From: Chloroflexota bacterium
GTDB lineage: Bacteria > Chloroflexota > Limnocylindria > Limnocylindrales > CSP1-4
Length of the DNA stretch: 64,000 nucleotides
NCBI GenBank assembly: GCA_005883615.1
Contig: VBEC01000024.1
Coordinates: 1,130-65,129, forward strand
Direction of reading: 5' to 3'
Under the pieces are notes generated by a model. It did not search any database, was not told the DNA's origin, and saw only the letters and a list, made by a program, of their open reading frames with translations. A program made the position numbers and the translations under genes. This document shows, in pieces, positions 8,693-19,025 of this stretch; the first letter of the stretch is position 1; each line of letters begins with the position of its first letter.

Positions 8693-10809
8693 GGGGATCG
8701 ACCGAGCAGGCCCGGCTGCTGTTGCAGCCGGTGCCCTGGCTGGCATCGCCTGCTGCCCGCCTGTTCCTTACCAGCGGAACGCTGCTCTTCGTCGAGCTGC
8801 TGCTCATCCGCTGGATTCCGGCCAACGTGATCTACGTCGGCTTCTTCCGGAACTTCCTGTTGATGGCGAGCTTCCTGGGCATTGGTGTCGGGATCCTGTG
8901 GGGTCGCGATCAGCGCCGAATCGCGATCTCGCCCTTCGGACCACTGCTGCTGGCGGTCGCGGTTCTCGTCACGCAGGTCCAGTTGGGGATCCAGCTGCGC
9001 TCGCCCGACGAGATCTTCTTTGGCCTCGCCGAGAACACCCGGGCGGACGTCAACTTCCTGGTTTTGCCCGTTCTGGTGGTGCTGGCGACCGTGATCATGG
9101 CCGGCCTGGCGATCCCGCTGGGCTCCCTCCTGACGTCCATGCCTCCGCTGCGCGCATATGCCATCGACATCGTTGGCTCGATGACCGGAGTCGCCGCGTT
9201 CACCGGTCTGTCCGCAGCCGGCACGTCGCCCTCCACGTGGTTCGCGGTCGTCGCGGTCCTGGTCGGGCTGCTCGGGCTCGGCACCGGCATCCGCCGGTCG
9301 TCCGTGATCACGGCGTTTACCGTCGGCGGCGCCCTTGCTGTCGTAACCCTTGCTGCCAAGCCAGCGCGAACCTGGTCGCCCTACTACCGAATCGACGTCT
9401 ACGACTCCGGCGGCATCTCCGAGGTGGACGTAAATGGGATTCCGCACCAGGCGATGTGGCCGATCGATCGGATCTCGGACCCGTTCTATGAGCAGATCTA
9501 TCGCTGGTTCCCGGATCGGCATTACGCCCAGGTCCTCGTCGTCGGCGCCGGGACAGGAACCGACGTGGCACTCGCACTCGCCCACGGCGCCGGCCATGTC
9601 GACGCGGTCGAGATCGACCCGCGGATCCAGGAAATCGGGGTCCAGCAGCACCCAAATCGGCCGTACGACGACCCGCGGGTCACTCGCTACGTCGACGACG
9701 GCCGGGCGTTTCTCCACAAGACGAGCACGAAGTACGACCTGGTGATCTTCGCCTTGCCGGACTCGTTGACCCTGGTCAGCACGTCGGCCAACCTGCGGCT
9801 CGAGTCGTTCCTGTTCACGCGCGAAGCGTTCAGCGAGGTCCGCAGTCACCTCGGATCCGACGGGACGTTCGTGCTCTACAACTTCTACCGCCAGGAGTGG
9901 CTGCCGCAGAAGATCGCCCGCATGCTCGACGAGAGCTTCGGATCGCCCCCGATCGTGCGGACGTATTCGGACCAGACGTCGGCGACACTAGCGGCCGGTC
10001 CGGCAATCGCCGCCCTTGGGGGCAAGCCGCCGCCTGGCGACGCGATCGACCGGATCGATCTTGCCTCGGCCCCGGCGCCGGCGACGGATGACTGGCCATT
10101 CCTCTACCTCCGGGAGCCATTTATCGCGCCGTACTACCTCGCCGCGCTGGCCATCATCCTCGTCTTCGCCGTGCTGCTCGTCAGTCGGGCCGCGGTGCGA
10201 AGCGGGACATCGTTGCGCCGCTTCAGCCCCCACTTCTTCTTCCTTGGCGTTGCCTTCTTGCTGCTGGAGACCCGCAGCCTGGTGTCGTTCAGCCTGCTCT
10301 TCGGAACCACGTGGCTCGTGAACTCACTCGTGTTCTTCGCGATCCTGGCCAGCGTTCTGGGGGCGATCGCCATCAATGCGCGATTCCCGATCCGCGATCC
10401 GAGGCCCCTCTACGCGGCGTTGTTCGCCTCGATCGCGGTCAGCTTCGTGCTCTCGCCGACGGCTCTCCTGGTTGACCCGCCCGAGGTGCGCTACGTCCTG
10501 GCGGCCGGGCTGACGTTCGCCCCGGTTTTCTTCGCGAACCTGGTCTTCAGCCATTCCTTCCGCGACACGAAGACGGCCGATATGGCGTTCGCCTCGAACC
10601 TCCTCGGGGCGATGGTCGGCGGTGCGGTCGAATACCTGGCCTTGATCACCGGCTATCAGGCCTTGTTGCTGGTGGTGGCGGCACTCTACGGCTGTGCTTT
10701 TGTCCTGTCCCGCCGAGTGCACTGGCTGGCGGACCGAGAGCTCATGCCCAACGAGCTGGGCCTACCGGAGACCGGCACGAACAAGCCCGGCCTGGCGGTA
10801 GGCCCATGA
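8689..10809 (+). CDS. Membrane-fused spermidine-synthase-like SAM-binding protein
   Basis: N- and C-terminal TM blocks around VLVVGAGTGTDV...DAVEIDP...DDGRAFL...YDLVIF. GTG start overlaps the upstream TGA. Confidence 0.8.
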   Translation: MRGSTEQARLLLQPVPWLASPAARLFLTSGTLLFVELLLIRWIPANVIYVGFFRNFLLMASFLGIGVGILWGRDQRRIAISPFGPLLLAVAVLVTQVQLGIQLRSPDEIFFGLAENTRADVNFLVLPVLVVLATVIMAGLAIPLGSLLTSMPPLRAYAIDIVGSMTGVAAFTGLSAAGTSPSTWFAVVAVLVGLLGLGTGIRRSSVITAFTVGGALAVVTLAAKPARTWSPYYRIDVYDSGGISEVDVNGIPHQAMWPIDRISDPFYEQIYRWFPDRHYAQVLVVGAGTGTDVALALAHGAGHVDAVEIDPRIQEIGVQQHPNRPYDDPRVTRYVDDGRAFLHKTSTKYDLVIFALPDSLTLVSTSANLRLESFLFTREAFSEVRSHLGSDGTFVLYNFYRQEWLPQKIARMLDESFGSPPIVRTYSDQTSATLAAGPAIAALGGKPPPGDAIDRIDLASAPAPATDDWPFLYLREPFIAPYYLAALAIILVFAVLLVSRAAVRSGTSLRRFSPHFFFLGVAFLLLETRSLVSFSLLFGTTWLVNSLVFFAILASVLGAIAINARFPIRDPRPLYAALFASIAVSFVLSPTALLVDPPEVRYVLAAGLTFAPVFFANLVFSHSFRDTKTADMAFASNLLGAMVGGAVEYLALITGYQALLLVVAALYGCAFVLSRRVHWLADRELMPNELGLPETGTNKPGLAVGP

Positions 10810-11888
10810 ACGATCTGGGGCTATTGCGGTTCGGGACGACGCCGCAGCTGAGCAGGAACGCAATGGCCCGCGGGGTCGGGAACAGGCTCCGTTCGTTGGG
10901 CGCGCCTGGGAACCGCGCCCGGCTACGTGATGTGTCGATGGCCGGCACAGTCATGGTTGGCTTCGTCATCGGTCTCGCGCAGGCCCTGGGGCGCGCCGAG
11001 GCTGGAACGGACAACATCCTTTACTGGCACGACACGGGAAATGGGCTTGCGTACCCGGCGCAGTGGATGATCTCGTCGAGCTGGTGGGTCTACCCACCGC
11101 CGCTGGGGCAATCCCTCGAGTTCATCCATCCCATCGGCTTCCCGGCCTATCTCGTCGCTTCGAGCGTTCTCCTGTTCGCGGCCCTGGCCTACGTGGCGAG
11201 AGGCTGGTCTCTGCCGCTCGTCGGCCTCGGTTTCCTCGGGATCGCGTTCCCGTCACCGCCCACCCTGATCCTTGCACAGCCGTTTGGCTGGGCGCTCCTG
11301 GGCAACGTGCAACTGCTCATGGCTGCAGCGATCGTGGCCGGCATGCGTTGGCCAGCCGCGTGGGCCGTCCCCCTGTTGACCAAGATCGGTCCCGGCGTCG
11401 GGCTGTTGTGGTTTGCGGTCCGGCACGAATGGCGCAACCTGTCCATCGCGCTCGCAGCAACGCTCGCGATCTCGGCCGCGTCCTTCCTCCTCTCGCCGTC
11501 GGACTGGGCCAACTGGCTGCGTTTTGTGGCGAGCAACCTGAACTCGCCCATGGACTCGAAGGTCGTGGCGACCATCGCGATTCCGACGGTCCCCATCCCG
11601 TTCATCGTCCGAGCTGCGATGAGCGCCGGCCTTGTCGTCTGGGGTGCTCGTACGAATCGCATCTGGACGGTTCCCGTCGCGGCGGGCTGGGCAATCCCGG
11701 CCCTCTACATGTGGTCATTCCTGCCGATCTGGCTGGGCGTGATCGGCGTGCGAGCGACCCCGGCAGCTCACTCCTCCAGGGCGGCTGCGATCGGTGACCA
11801 GGGTGGAAACCGGGTTGTGCCCGGCCTCGACGGGCCCCAGGAAACCAGGCTTCGAGACGCACTGAGCGCTCCAGCCGAAGGCGAATGA
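10806..11888 (+). CDS. GT87-like GT-C glycosyltransferase
   Basis: GTDNILYW, VYPPP, LGNVQ, LTKIGPGVGLLWF; clear paralog of 6552 and 15315. Confidence 0.8.
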   Translation: MNDLGLLRFGTTPQLSRNAMARGVGNRLRSLGAPGNRARLRDVSMAGTVMVGFVIGLAQALGRAEAGTDNILYWHDTGNGLAYPAQWMISSSWWVYPPPLGQSLEFIHPIGFPAYLVASSVLLFAALAYVARGWSLPLVGLGFLGIAFPSPPTLILAQPFGWALLGNVQLLMAAAIVAGMRWPAAWAVPLLTKIGPGVGLLWFAVRHEWRNLSIALAATLAISAASFLLSPSDWANWLRFVASNLNSPMDSKVVATIAIPTVPIPFIVRAAMSAGLVVWGARTNRIWTVPVAAGWAIPALYMWSFLPIWLGVIGVRATPAAHSSRAAAIGDQGGNRVVPGLDGPQETRLRDALSAPAEGE

Positions 11889-14230
11889 GGCCCCCTCTTC
11901 ACGCCCCGACGCCTGTTCCGACGTCGAGCCGTCTCGTGCTGGCAATCTTCTTGCTCTCGGGTGCCGCGGGGCTCATCTATGAGGTGGTGTGGGCCCGGCA
12001 ACTGGTTCTCGTGTTCGGCAATACCACTCAGGCTGTCTCCGCGATTCTCACCGGCTTCTTCGGCGGAATGGCTATTGGCAGCGCCTTTGGCGGGCGTCTG
12101 GCCGATCGGGTCAGGCGCCCACTACGGCTGTATGGCGCGATCGAGCTCGTCCTGGTTGTCATCGTGTTGATCACGCCGATCACGTTTCGGCTGCTCCACG
12201 AGGTCTACCGGGCTGCCTTTGGGACGCTGGAGGCAACCCCGCTTGCCCTGGCACTCGTCCGGTTCGGGCTGGCGCTGCTGGCACTCGCCCCGGCGACGGT
12301 CCTGATGGGCGCCACACTGCCCACGTTGACCCGCTACCTGACTCGAGGTGCTGCCGATCTGACCGCTGCATTCGGGAAGCTGTATGCGGCGAACACGATT
12401 GGCGCAATCGTCGGAACTGCGCTGTCGGGGTTCGTCCTCATCGAGATCCTGGGCCTGTCGGGCACCCTCGCTTTTGGGGCTGCCTGCTCGGGCGCGGCAG
12501 GTCTCCTGGCCCTCGGTCTCGATCGACGATCCGTGGCGCTCACCGCCCGGGAATCGGGTCTCGTCCGACTCTCCGAGAACACCGCGAGCCCAGATCCGCC
12601 GGCCTCGCCAGAGCTGGACATGGGCACACGGACCTCGCGTTTCAGGCTTGCCCTGGCGATTGCATTCGTGTCGGGCCTGACGTCGCTCGCCTACCAGGTT
12701 CTATGGATGCGACTGGTCGCGTCCGGCACCGGCAACCTGACCTACATCTTCACGATGATCCTCGCCACGTTCCTCACCGGGATCGCGCTCGGGGCGATGG
12801 CTTTCAACATCATCCGCCAGCGGATAACGCAGACGGTCGCCGTCCTCGCAGTCACCCAGGTCGCCACGGCCATCCTTGTGCTCGGCGGAATGGTGGTCCT
12901 CGACGCGCACTTCGGTGAGTCCGGCTCGTTTGCGGCGTTTCTGCAGAAGACGATCCTGGTCGTGCTGCCAACCACATTCGTCATCGGGATCAGCTTCCCT
13001 GCATCGGCCGCGCTTCTCGCTGGACCCGCCCACCAGAGCGGTAGTCGCTCCGGTCTCCTCCTCGCTGTGAACACGATCGGCGCCATCGTCGGAACCTTCG
13101 TAGTCCCGTTCCTGGTAATCCCTGCCGTCGGATCAGCAACCGCCCTTGGACTGGTGGCGCTCGCGAATGCGGCAACGGGTGTTGCCCTGGCGCTGGCCGG
13201 TGGCGTCGAGAGCCGACTCTGGAGAACGAGCACCGCCACCGCGGGCGCAGCGCTGCTGGTTGTCGTGAGCGTGGCGCTCCTGAGCGGAAGTCTCTTCGTG
13301 GATCCGAGCATCAGCCGCATCAAGAGCGTCGGCGGGACGATATTCCGCTCGGCTGAAGATGAGATCGCCTCGGTTCAGGCAGGCAGCCTTGGCGGGTCGA
13401 AGCAACTGTGGGTGACGGGTACCTCCATGACTGCCCTGACGGTCGACGCGCGGCTGATGTTGGTCCTGCCCCTGATGCTTCGGCCGGCGGCCACCAGCAA
13501 TCTGACCATCGCCTTCGGGATGGGCTCGGCATACCGCGAGTCGATACGGGCCGGCCTGAATACGGACGCCGTGGATATCGTCCCGTCCGTTCCGTTGATG
13601 TTCGGACAGTTCTACCCGGACGCCGCGGCCATCCTTGCTCGGCCACAAGGCCATGTGATCATTGCCGACGGTCGAAACCACGTCGAGCTGACCGCTCGGA
13701 CCTACGACATGGTGGTGGTCGATCCTCCCCCGCCGATCCAGAGTTCGGGGGTTTCCGTCATTTCGTCACACGAGTTCTACCAGGCCACGAAGGCGCGCCT
13801 GACGCCCGGGGGCGTGATGATGCAATGGGTGCCGTTCGGTCAAACGATCGATGAGTTCAAGGCCCACGTCCGGACATTCCGCGACGTGTTCCCGAACGTG
13901 ATCGTAGCCAACGGGCCGGGCGGGAATGGGTTCTTCATGCTCGGGTCGGATGCCGCCATCGGCTTCGATCCGGTGGCGATCCGCGCCGTCCTCTCACGGC
14001 CTGGGATCGTCGATGACCTCTCGAGTGCCTATGACTCGCCCAAGCACGCGCAGGATGACTGGGCGGCGCTCATTCCCACCCTCGTGCGGCTCGAAGGCAG
14101 CCAGGTGGCCGCTTTCGCGGGCCCGGGCCCACTGATCACGGACGATCGCCCGTTGCCCGAGTACTTCGTTCTACGGCAGCGCTTTGGCCCGCCATCGCCG
14201 GCGCTAACGCTCGAGGAGGTGGCGCCGTAA
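11885..14230 (+). CDS. Fused MFS-like membrane domain / spermidine-synthase-like protein
   Basis: LSGAAGLIYEVVWARQL, LYAANTIGAIVG, SLAYQVLWMR repeats; C-terminal AFGMGS, DGRNH, YDMVVVDPPPP. Confidence 0.85.
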   Translation: MRPPLHAPTPVPTSSRLVLAIFLLSGAAGLIYEVVWARQLVLVFGNTTQAVSAILTGFFGGMAIGSAFGGRLADRVRRPLRLYGAIELVLVVIVLITPITFRLLHEVYRAAFGTLEATPLALALVRFGLALLALAPATVLMGATLPTLTRYLTRGAADLTAAFGKLYAANTIGAIVGTALSGFVLIEILGLSGTLAFGAACSGAAGLLALGLDRRSVALTARESGLVRLSENTASPDPPASPELDMGTRTSRFRLALAIAFVSGLTSLAYQVLWMRLVASGTGNLTYIFTMILATFLTGIALGAMAFNIIRQRITQTVAVLAVTQVATAILVLGGMVVLDAHFGESGSFAAFLQKTILVVLPTTFVIGISFPASAALLAGPAHQSGSRSGLLLAVNTIGAIVGTFVVPFLVIPAVGSATALGLVALANAATGVALALAGGVESRLWRTSTATAGAALLVVVSVALLSGSLFVDPSISRIKSVGGTIFRSAEDEIASVQAGSLGGSKQLWVTGTSMTALTVDARLMLVLPLMLRPAATSNLTIAFGMGSAYRESIRAGLNTDAVDIVPSVPLMFGQFYPDAAAILARPQGHVIIADGRNHVELTARTYDMVVVDPPPPIQSSGVSVISSHEFYQATKARLTPGGVMMQWVPFGQTIDEFKAHVRTFRDVFPNVIVANGPGGNGFFMLGSDAAIGFDPVAIRAVLSRPGIVDDLSSAYDSPKHAQDDWAALIPTLVRLEGSQVAAFAGPGPLITDDRPLPEYFVLRQRFGPPSPALTLEEVAP

Positions 14231-15305
14231 TTGCCGCGCGAATGGCTAGCTCTCGGGCGACGTCGCGACCTTCAATGGGTGCCGATTTCCGTCGCAGGCC
14301 GAGAGCGATTCCCGATGCCATCACCAGCATTGCCAGCGCCGGAAGGAACAGCAACGCCAATGGCTGCGCCACGAGGACCAGCGGCGGCAGAACCGCGCGC
14401 TCCATTCGTCGGATGGACCACGCTGCGAGGACCAGGGGTACCGCCGAGTAGAGGCCCAGATAGGGCACCATCAGCATCGGAGCCGACAACGCGATCGTGA
14501 GCGAGGCGTCCTGGTCGAGCCGCCAGACGGCGAGGACCAGGATCACTCCTGCGAGCGCAGCGATCGCAGGTGCCGCCCAGGGAAGCGATGTCGTGAAACC
14601 CACGTCGCCGGGCACTCCGCCCGAGAAGGTTTCAGGTGCACGCCTCAGCGTGGCTATCCACGCGCCGTACTGGTCCGGGCCGGCTACCGCGATGGCAATG
14701 CCCGTGGACGTGATGGCGGCACCTGCCGCCCCGAGCAGTGCCTTTCGGCGCCACACGGCCATCCAGAGCAGGAAGCACAAGATGATCGGTTTCGGTAGCG
14801 CGGCAACAGCGACGCCGAGCGGCAGACCCGTCAGCACCCTGTCCTTGCGCGTCGCGACCAGGGTCAATGCCACGACGATGACGACGTTGAAGTTTCCCAA
14901 TGCGGTGTCCTGGAAGACCGGGAGGAACGTGACAGCGGTCACGGCTGCCAGAAGTCCTCCGTCGAGAAACCGGACGGTCGAACTAGCCAGAAGCGCGAGC
15001 TTGAAAAGGGCCCATACGACGAGGGGCACGGGCAGCAGCAGGATCGGAGCTGTGAGAGCGGCGGCTAGCGGTGGATAGAGATAGGAAGGATCGGTGTAGA
15101 TCGATGCGCCGTCGAGCAGGTTATGAGCTGCCGTGAGGTTTCTCGCGCCATCGACCGCCCATGCCCCGACACTCCGATTCGCCAGCATCGCGAGGACCAT
15201 CGCGCCGACGCCCATCGCCGTAGCAAAACCCGCAGCCGCGAACTCCCAGTCCGTCAGGCGCGCGTTGGGGCCGAACCGTCGAAACGCGAGTGACGGGCCC
15301 GTCAT
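14136..15305 (-). CDS. GT87-like GT-C glycosyltransferase
   Basis: AVDG, YLYPPLAA, LGNFN, LPKP; 3' end overlaps the convergent gene by 95 nt. Confidence 0.72.
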   Translation of the reverse strand: MTGPSLAFRRFGPNARLTDWEFAAAGFATAMGVGAMVLAMLANRSVGAWAVDGARNLTAAHNLLDGASIYTDPSYLYPPLAAALTAPILLLPVPLVVWALFKLALLASSTVRFLDGGLLAAVTAVTFLPVFQDTALGNFNVVIVVALTLVATRKDRVLTGLPLGVAVAALPKPIILCFLLWMAVWRRKALLGAAGAAITSTGIAIAVAGPDQYGAWIATLRRAPETFSGGVPGDVGFTTSLPWAAPAIAALAGVILVLAVWRLDQDASLTIALSAPMLMVPYLGLYSAVPLVLAAWSIRRMERAVLPPLVLVAQPLALLFLPALAMLVMASGIALGLRRKSAPIEGRDVARELAIRAAITAPPPRALAPAMAGQSAAVERSTRATGDRP

Positions 15306-15314
15306 CGGAGGGTC

Positions 15315-16364
15315 CTAGTCGCCCAGCGACCTGAAGTAGGTCCGGCGCCTGGACCGGCTGGTCGGGACGGGTTCGAGTTCCAGTTGCGGCGGGGCGAAGG
15401 ATGTCATTCCGATCCGGCGGATCACGGAGTCGAGGTGCGATCGCGCCGCGGTACCCCGCCTAAGCCGGGAAGCAGCGATCCAGAAGGGCAAGAACGCCAT
15501 TCCGTACAGCGCTGGTATAGCCCAGCCCGCGGCGATCGGGACCGTCCATGCTCGGTTGGTGCGTGCCCCCCACAGGAGGAGGATTGCCGCTATCGCCAGT
15601 CGAAGCCCAAAGGGAATTGGAAACAGCGGCTGTGGCGGATCCGACAGGTCGTAGTTCCGGATCGCAAAAGCGATCCAATCGGTCCACAGGTGTGGGGCGA
15701 AGCCGAACGAGACTGCCACGACGGCGATGGTCGACGCGGCCGCCACCCCCGCAGCCCGCCATTCGCCGCGAAATACATGCCACAGTCCTCCGATCGCGGG
15801 CCCGGTCTTGGTAACGACCAGGCCTGCCCAGCCGGCAGAGTGTCGGATCGAAACGATCACCAAAGCCGCCAGGATCCACTGCATGTTTCCCAGCAGGGCA
15901 TATCCGAGGAAGGTTTCCACGTAGGGGACATGGATCCCCACGACCGGCAGGAGCCCGATTGCGACGAGGGGGAGGGACCATCGACCCGCGCAATACCAGA
16001 AGCAGGCAAAGATCAGGATGGTCCAGCCCATCAGGAAGGCAGACCACCCGATGGGTTGCAGCAGCGTGCTTATCTGCGCGACTGGCGGCGGGTAGAAGAG
16101 GAACTGACCGCCGTCCAACTGGCTCCAGCGGTCTGGGTAGAGTTCACTGGACGTCCCTGCCAGCCAGTAGGCCTGGGCGTCGCCTGGCGTTGGCAGGATG
16201 CGAGTGACCTGGGCGATGGCAACGAGAAGGCCGATCACCAGCATCGCGTCGCGATGGAGGTCTCGCCGCCAAGGCAAAGTGAGGCGCTTCGACCGCGCGC
16301 GGGCGTCGCCGACGTTCCAGCCTGGGTTCCCGGTGAGTTCAGCCACCCTGCCGCGCTCCAGCAA
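15315..16364 (-). CDS. GT87-like GT-C glycosyltransferase
   Basis: PGDAQAYW, FYPPPVAQ, LGNMQ, VTKTGP, WGARTNRAW. Confidence 0.8.
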   Translation of the reverse strand: MLERGRVAELTGNPGWNVGDARARSKRLTLPWRRDLHRDAMLVIGLLVAIAQVTRILPTPGDAQAYWLAGTSSELYPDRWSQLDGGQFLFYPPPVAQISTLLQPIGWSAFLMGWTILIFACFWYCAGRWSLPLVAIGLLPVVGIHVPYVETFLGYALLGNMQWILAALVIVSIRHSAGWAGLVVTKTGPAIGGLWHVFRGEWRAAGVAAASTIAVVAVSFGFAPHLWTDWIAFAIRNYDLSDPPQPLFPIPFGLRLAIAAILLLWGARTNRAWTVPIAAGWAIPALYGMAFLPFWIAASRLRRGTAARSHLDSVIRRIGMTSFAPPQLELEPVPTSRSRRRTYFRSLGD

Positions 16365-16582
16365 TCGACTTTGCCCAGGCGTTCGTGCACGGAGGGTCGT
16401 TCAACCGCACGTCCGCGCGATTCGCCTGGCCCCTGCCTGGTTCTGAAGTACTAGGCAGAAAGTAGCATCGGCAACGTGCATTGACCATAGTTCCTGAGAT
16501 GTCCGTTGCCATCGGACACCGCCGCTCGCCAGGCAGTTGAGCGCGCAACGACCTGATCTGACCCCGATGCTATTCTCGGACA

Positions 16583-17797
16583 GTGACCCCATCCGCGACC
16601 ATCGAGCCTGCCTGTCCACCTGAGCAGCGGAGGCGGGTCGAAGGCGAGAGACCGATCGGCCGGGCGTTGGTCGCCGTTCGGCGGCCCTTCGACGCCATCC
16701 CGAGGGCCACATGGGATGCCCTGGCGGATCGAAACCCGTGGGCAACGCCGTTCTCGCGGTGGGCATTCCATCGGGCGTGGTGGGACGCTTATGGCACAGT
16801 CGCCCACGACGAGACGCTGGTCGTCGTGGATGCCGGAACTGCGGGCGGCGAGGGCAACGCTGCGCAGCCCGCGGCAATCGTGCCACTCATGCATCGACAC
16901 GAGGTCGAGCCGTCCGACGAGCTGACCCGGACAAAGCTTCGCCACGGCTCCGAGACGAACCTGACGCCCGTGCCGGCCACCGCGACGGCGGTCTTCATGG
17001 GCGCCTCCTATCACGCGGACTACGCGACCTTCCTCGCCGACCCTTCCGACATGCCCGCAGTGACGGATGCCGTAGCCGAGCACCTGGCCGGCCCGCCCGC
17101 GCCGGGCGAGGTGCCGTGGGACGTGGTCGACCTGCGCCGCCTGCGCTGCGGCGATCCGAACGCCGATGGACTCGCTGCGGCGTTCGGTCGTCGCGAGATC
17201 TCATGCGGCTGGACTCTGAACGTCGAACGCGAAGACGTCTGTCCCGTCCTTACGCTGCCCGAGGGCATCGACTTCGAGGAGTATCTCGAGACGCTGGAAA
17301 AGAAGCATCGCCACGAGATCCGGCGCAAGATTCGGAGGGCCGCCGCGGCCGGCCAGATCGAGTTGGTCGAGTCGAGCGATCCGCTGAGCGAGCTGCCCGC
17401 GTTCATCGAGCTCCACCAGAAGAAATGGGGAGCAGACGGCCTCTTCCCCCCGACACCCGGAGGTGAGCGGAGCCGAACCTTCGTGCGCCGCATGTTCGAG
17501 GAGTTTGGCTCCCACGGCATGCTGCGCTTGAGCTTCCTGTCGGTCGGCGGGCGGCGAGTCGCGGCCGGGGTCCACTTCGACGACGGCCACACTGTCGCGT
17601 ACTACAACGCGGGAATCGACCCGGATGCAAAGGACCTGTCGCCCGGCGTGGTCATGATCGCCTGGCTCATCAGGCGGGCGATTGAGCTGGGGCGACGCCG
17701 GGTCGACTTCCTGCGCGGCAACGAGCCTTACAAGTACGAATGGGGCGCTGTGGACGAGCCGCTCCAGCGTGTCCTCGTCCGGCGCACAGCGATCTGA
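16583..17797 (+). CDS. GNAT-family protein, CelD/BcsL (Acetyltransf_6)-like
   Basis: KKHRHEIRRKIRR, YYNAGIDP, LSPGVVMI, VDFLRGNEPYKYEWGA. Confidence 0.88.
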   Translation: MTPSATIEPACPPEQRRRVEGERPIGRALVAVRRPFDAIPRATWDALADRNPWATPFSRWAFHRAWWDAYGTVAHDETLVVVDAGTAGGEGNAAQPAAIVPLMHRHEVEPSDELTRTKLRHGSETNLTPVPATATAVFMGASYHADYATFLADPSDMPAVTDAVAEHLAGPPAPGEVPWDVVDLRRLRCGDPNADGLAAAFGRREISCGWTLNVEREDVCPVLTLPEGIDFEEYLETLEKKHRHEIRRKIRRAAAAGQIELVESSDPLSELPAFIELHQKKWGADGLFPPTPGGERSRTFVRRMFEEFGSHGMLRLSFLSVGGRRVAAGVHFDDGHTVAYYNAGIDPDAKDLSPGVVMIAWLIRRAIELGRRRVDFLRGNEPYKYEWGAVDEPLQRVLVRRTAI

Positions 17798-17799
17798 GA

Positions 17800-18994
17800 T
17801 TGCCCGCCACCGGCCCGACGTTCAAGGCCGCTCCACCTCCGGATCCCTGCGTCGAGCCGCTCGTGCTGCCGCCCTTGCCCGGGCGGCCCCAGGTGCGTGT
17901 CGTCGAGGTCCTCGCCACGGGGGGCAGCGGCGGCGCCCAGGAGCACTTGTACTCGCTGCTTTCGCGCCTGGATCGCTCGAGGTTTGAGCCGAGCGTAGTC
18001 TTGCTCTCGCCCGGGCCCACCACGCGCAAGATCGCGAGATTGGGCGTGTTCGTCCTCGTCCTCGATGAGCCCGACGACGCGACGGCCGTTGGTGCCCTGG
18101 CCGCCTACATGGCCGGCATCCGCCCGGACGTCATCCACAACCACATGTATCGGGCGGAGCTCGTAGGAACGCGCGCCGCCACGGGGCTGGCTGAGGTCGG
18201 TTTGCCGAGGCCCTACGTCGTCTCGACCGTCCACTCGTCGCGCGTCCGGTCGGCTGAAGACCGGGCGCAGCTGCGCCTCCTTACCCCGAAGATGGACCAG
18301 CTGATCGCGGTAGGAAGGCCGAATCGGAGCCCCGGTGGAGCTGATCTACAACGGAGTCGACCTTGACCGCTACGAGCGGCAGGAACCGTGCTGCACGTTG
18401 CCCGAGGAATACGGCATGGAGCCAGGCGCGCAGCTGGTCGGGGTGGTCGCTCGCCTCGAGCCCGAGAAGGGGCACCCGACGCTTCTCGAGGCATGGCCGA
18501 AGGTCCTCCAATCATGCCCCGAGGCCTACCTCCTGATCATCGGCGAGGGGAGCCGCCGGGCCGAGCTCGAGCGCCAGGTGTCGGAGCTGCGGATAGCCCA
18601 CCGCGTCGTATTCACCGGCCGCCGAGATGACATCCCGGCGGTCACGGCCGCCCTGGAGATAGCCGTGCTGCCCTCGTACCGCGAGGCGCAGGGGCTCACC
18701 ATCCTGGAGGCGATGGCTCTCCGCCGCCCGGTGGTGGCATCTGCCGTGGGAGGGATCCCGGAGATGATCGAGGACGGGCTCACCGGGTTGCTGGTACCTC
18801 CGCGCGACCCCGAGGCACTCGCCACTGCCATCGTCCGGCTCCTGCGCGACCACTCGCTCGCGGATACGCTCGGGCGCGCCGGCCACGACATGGTCCATGA
18901 TCGCTTCTGCATCGAGCTCATGGTCAAGGCGATCGAGCGTATCTACGATCGCGGCGCGCGCTGCGTGCGCCTGACGGACGCCGCCGCGAGCTGA
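17800..18994 (+). pseudogene. GT4 (GT-B) glycosyltransferase split by a frameshift near 18313
   Basis: N-domain (VLATGGSGGAQ...DVIHNH...STVHS...DQLIAV) is in one frame and the C-domain (EGRIGAPVELIYNGVD...ARLEPEKG...EAQGLTILEAMA) in another; a TAG at 18311 precedes the second frame. Confidence 0.8.
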
Positions 18995-19025
18995 ACCGGC
19001 GCGGCCGCCGGGCGGGCCGCCCAGA

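Noticed and set aside
18311-18313. TAG readthrough (pyrrolysine) or programmed frameshift in GT4
   Set aside because: The TAG is not in the frame of the N-terminal half, no slippery run is present, and residues appear to be missing.
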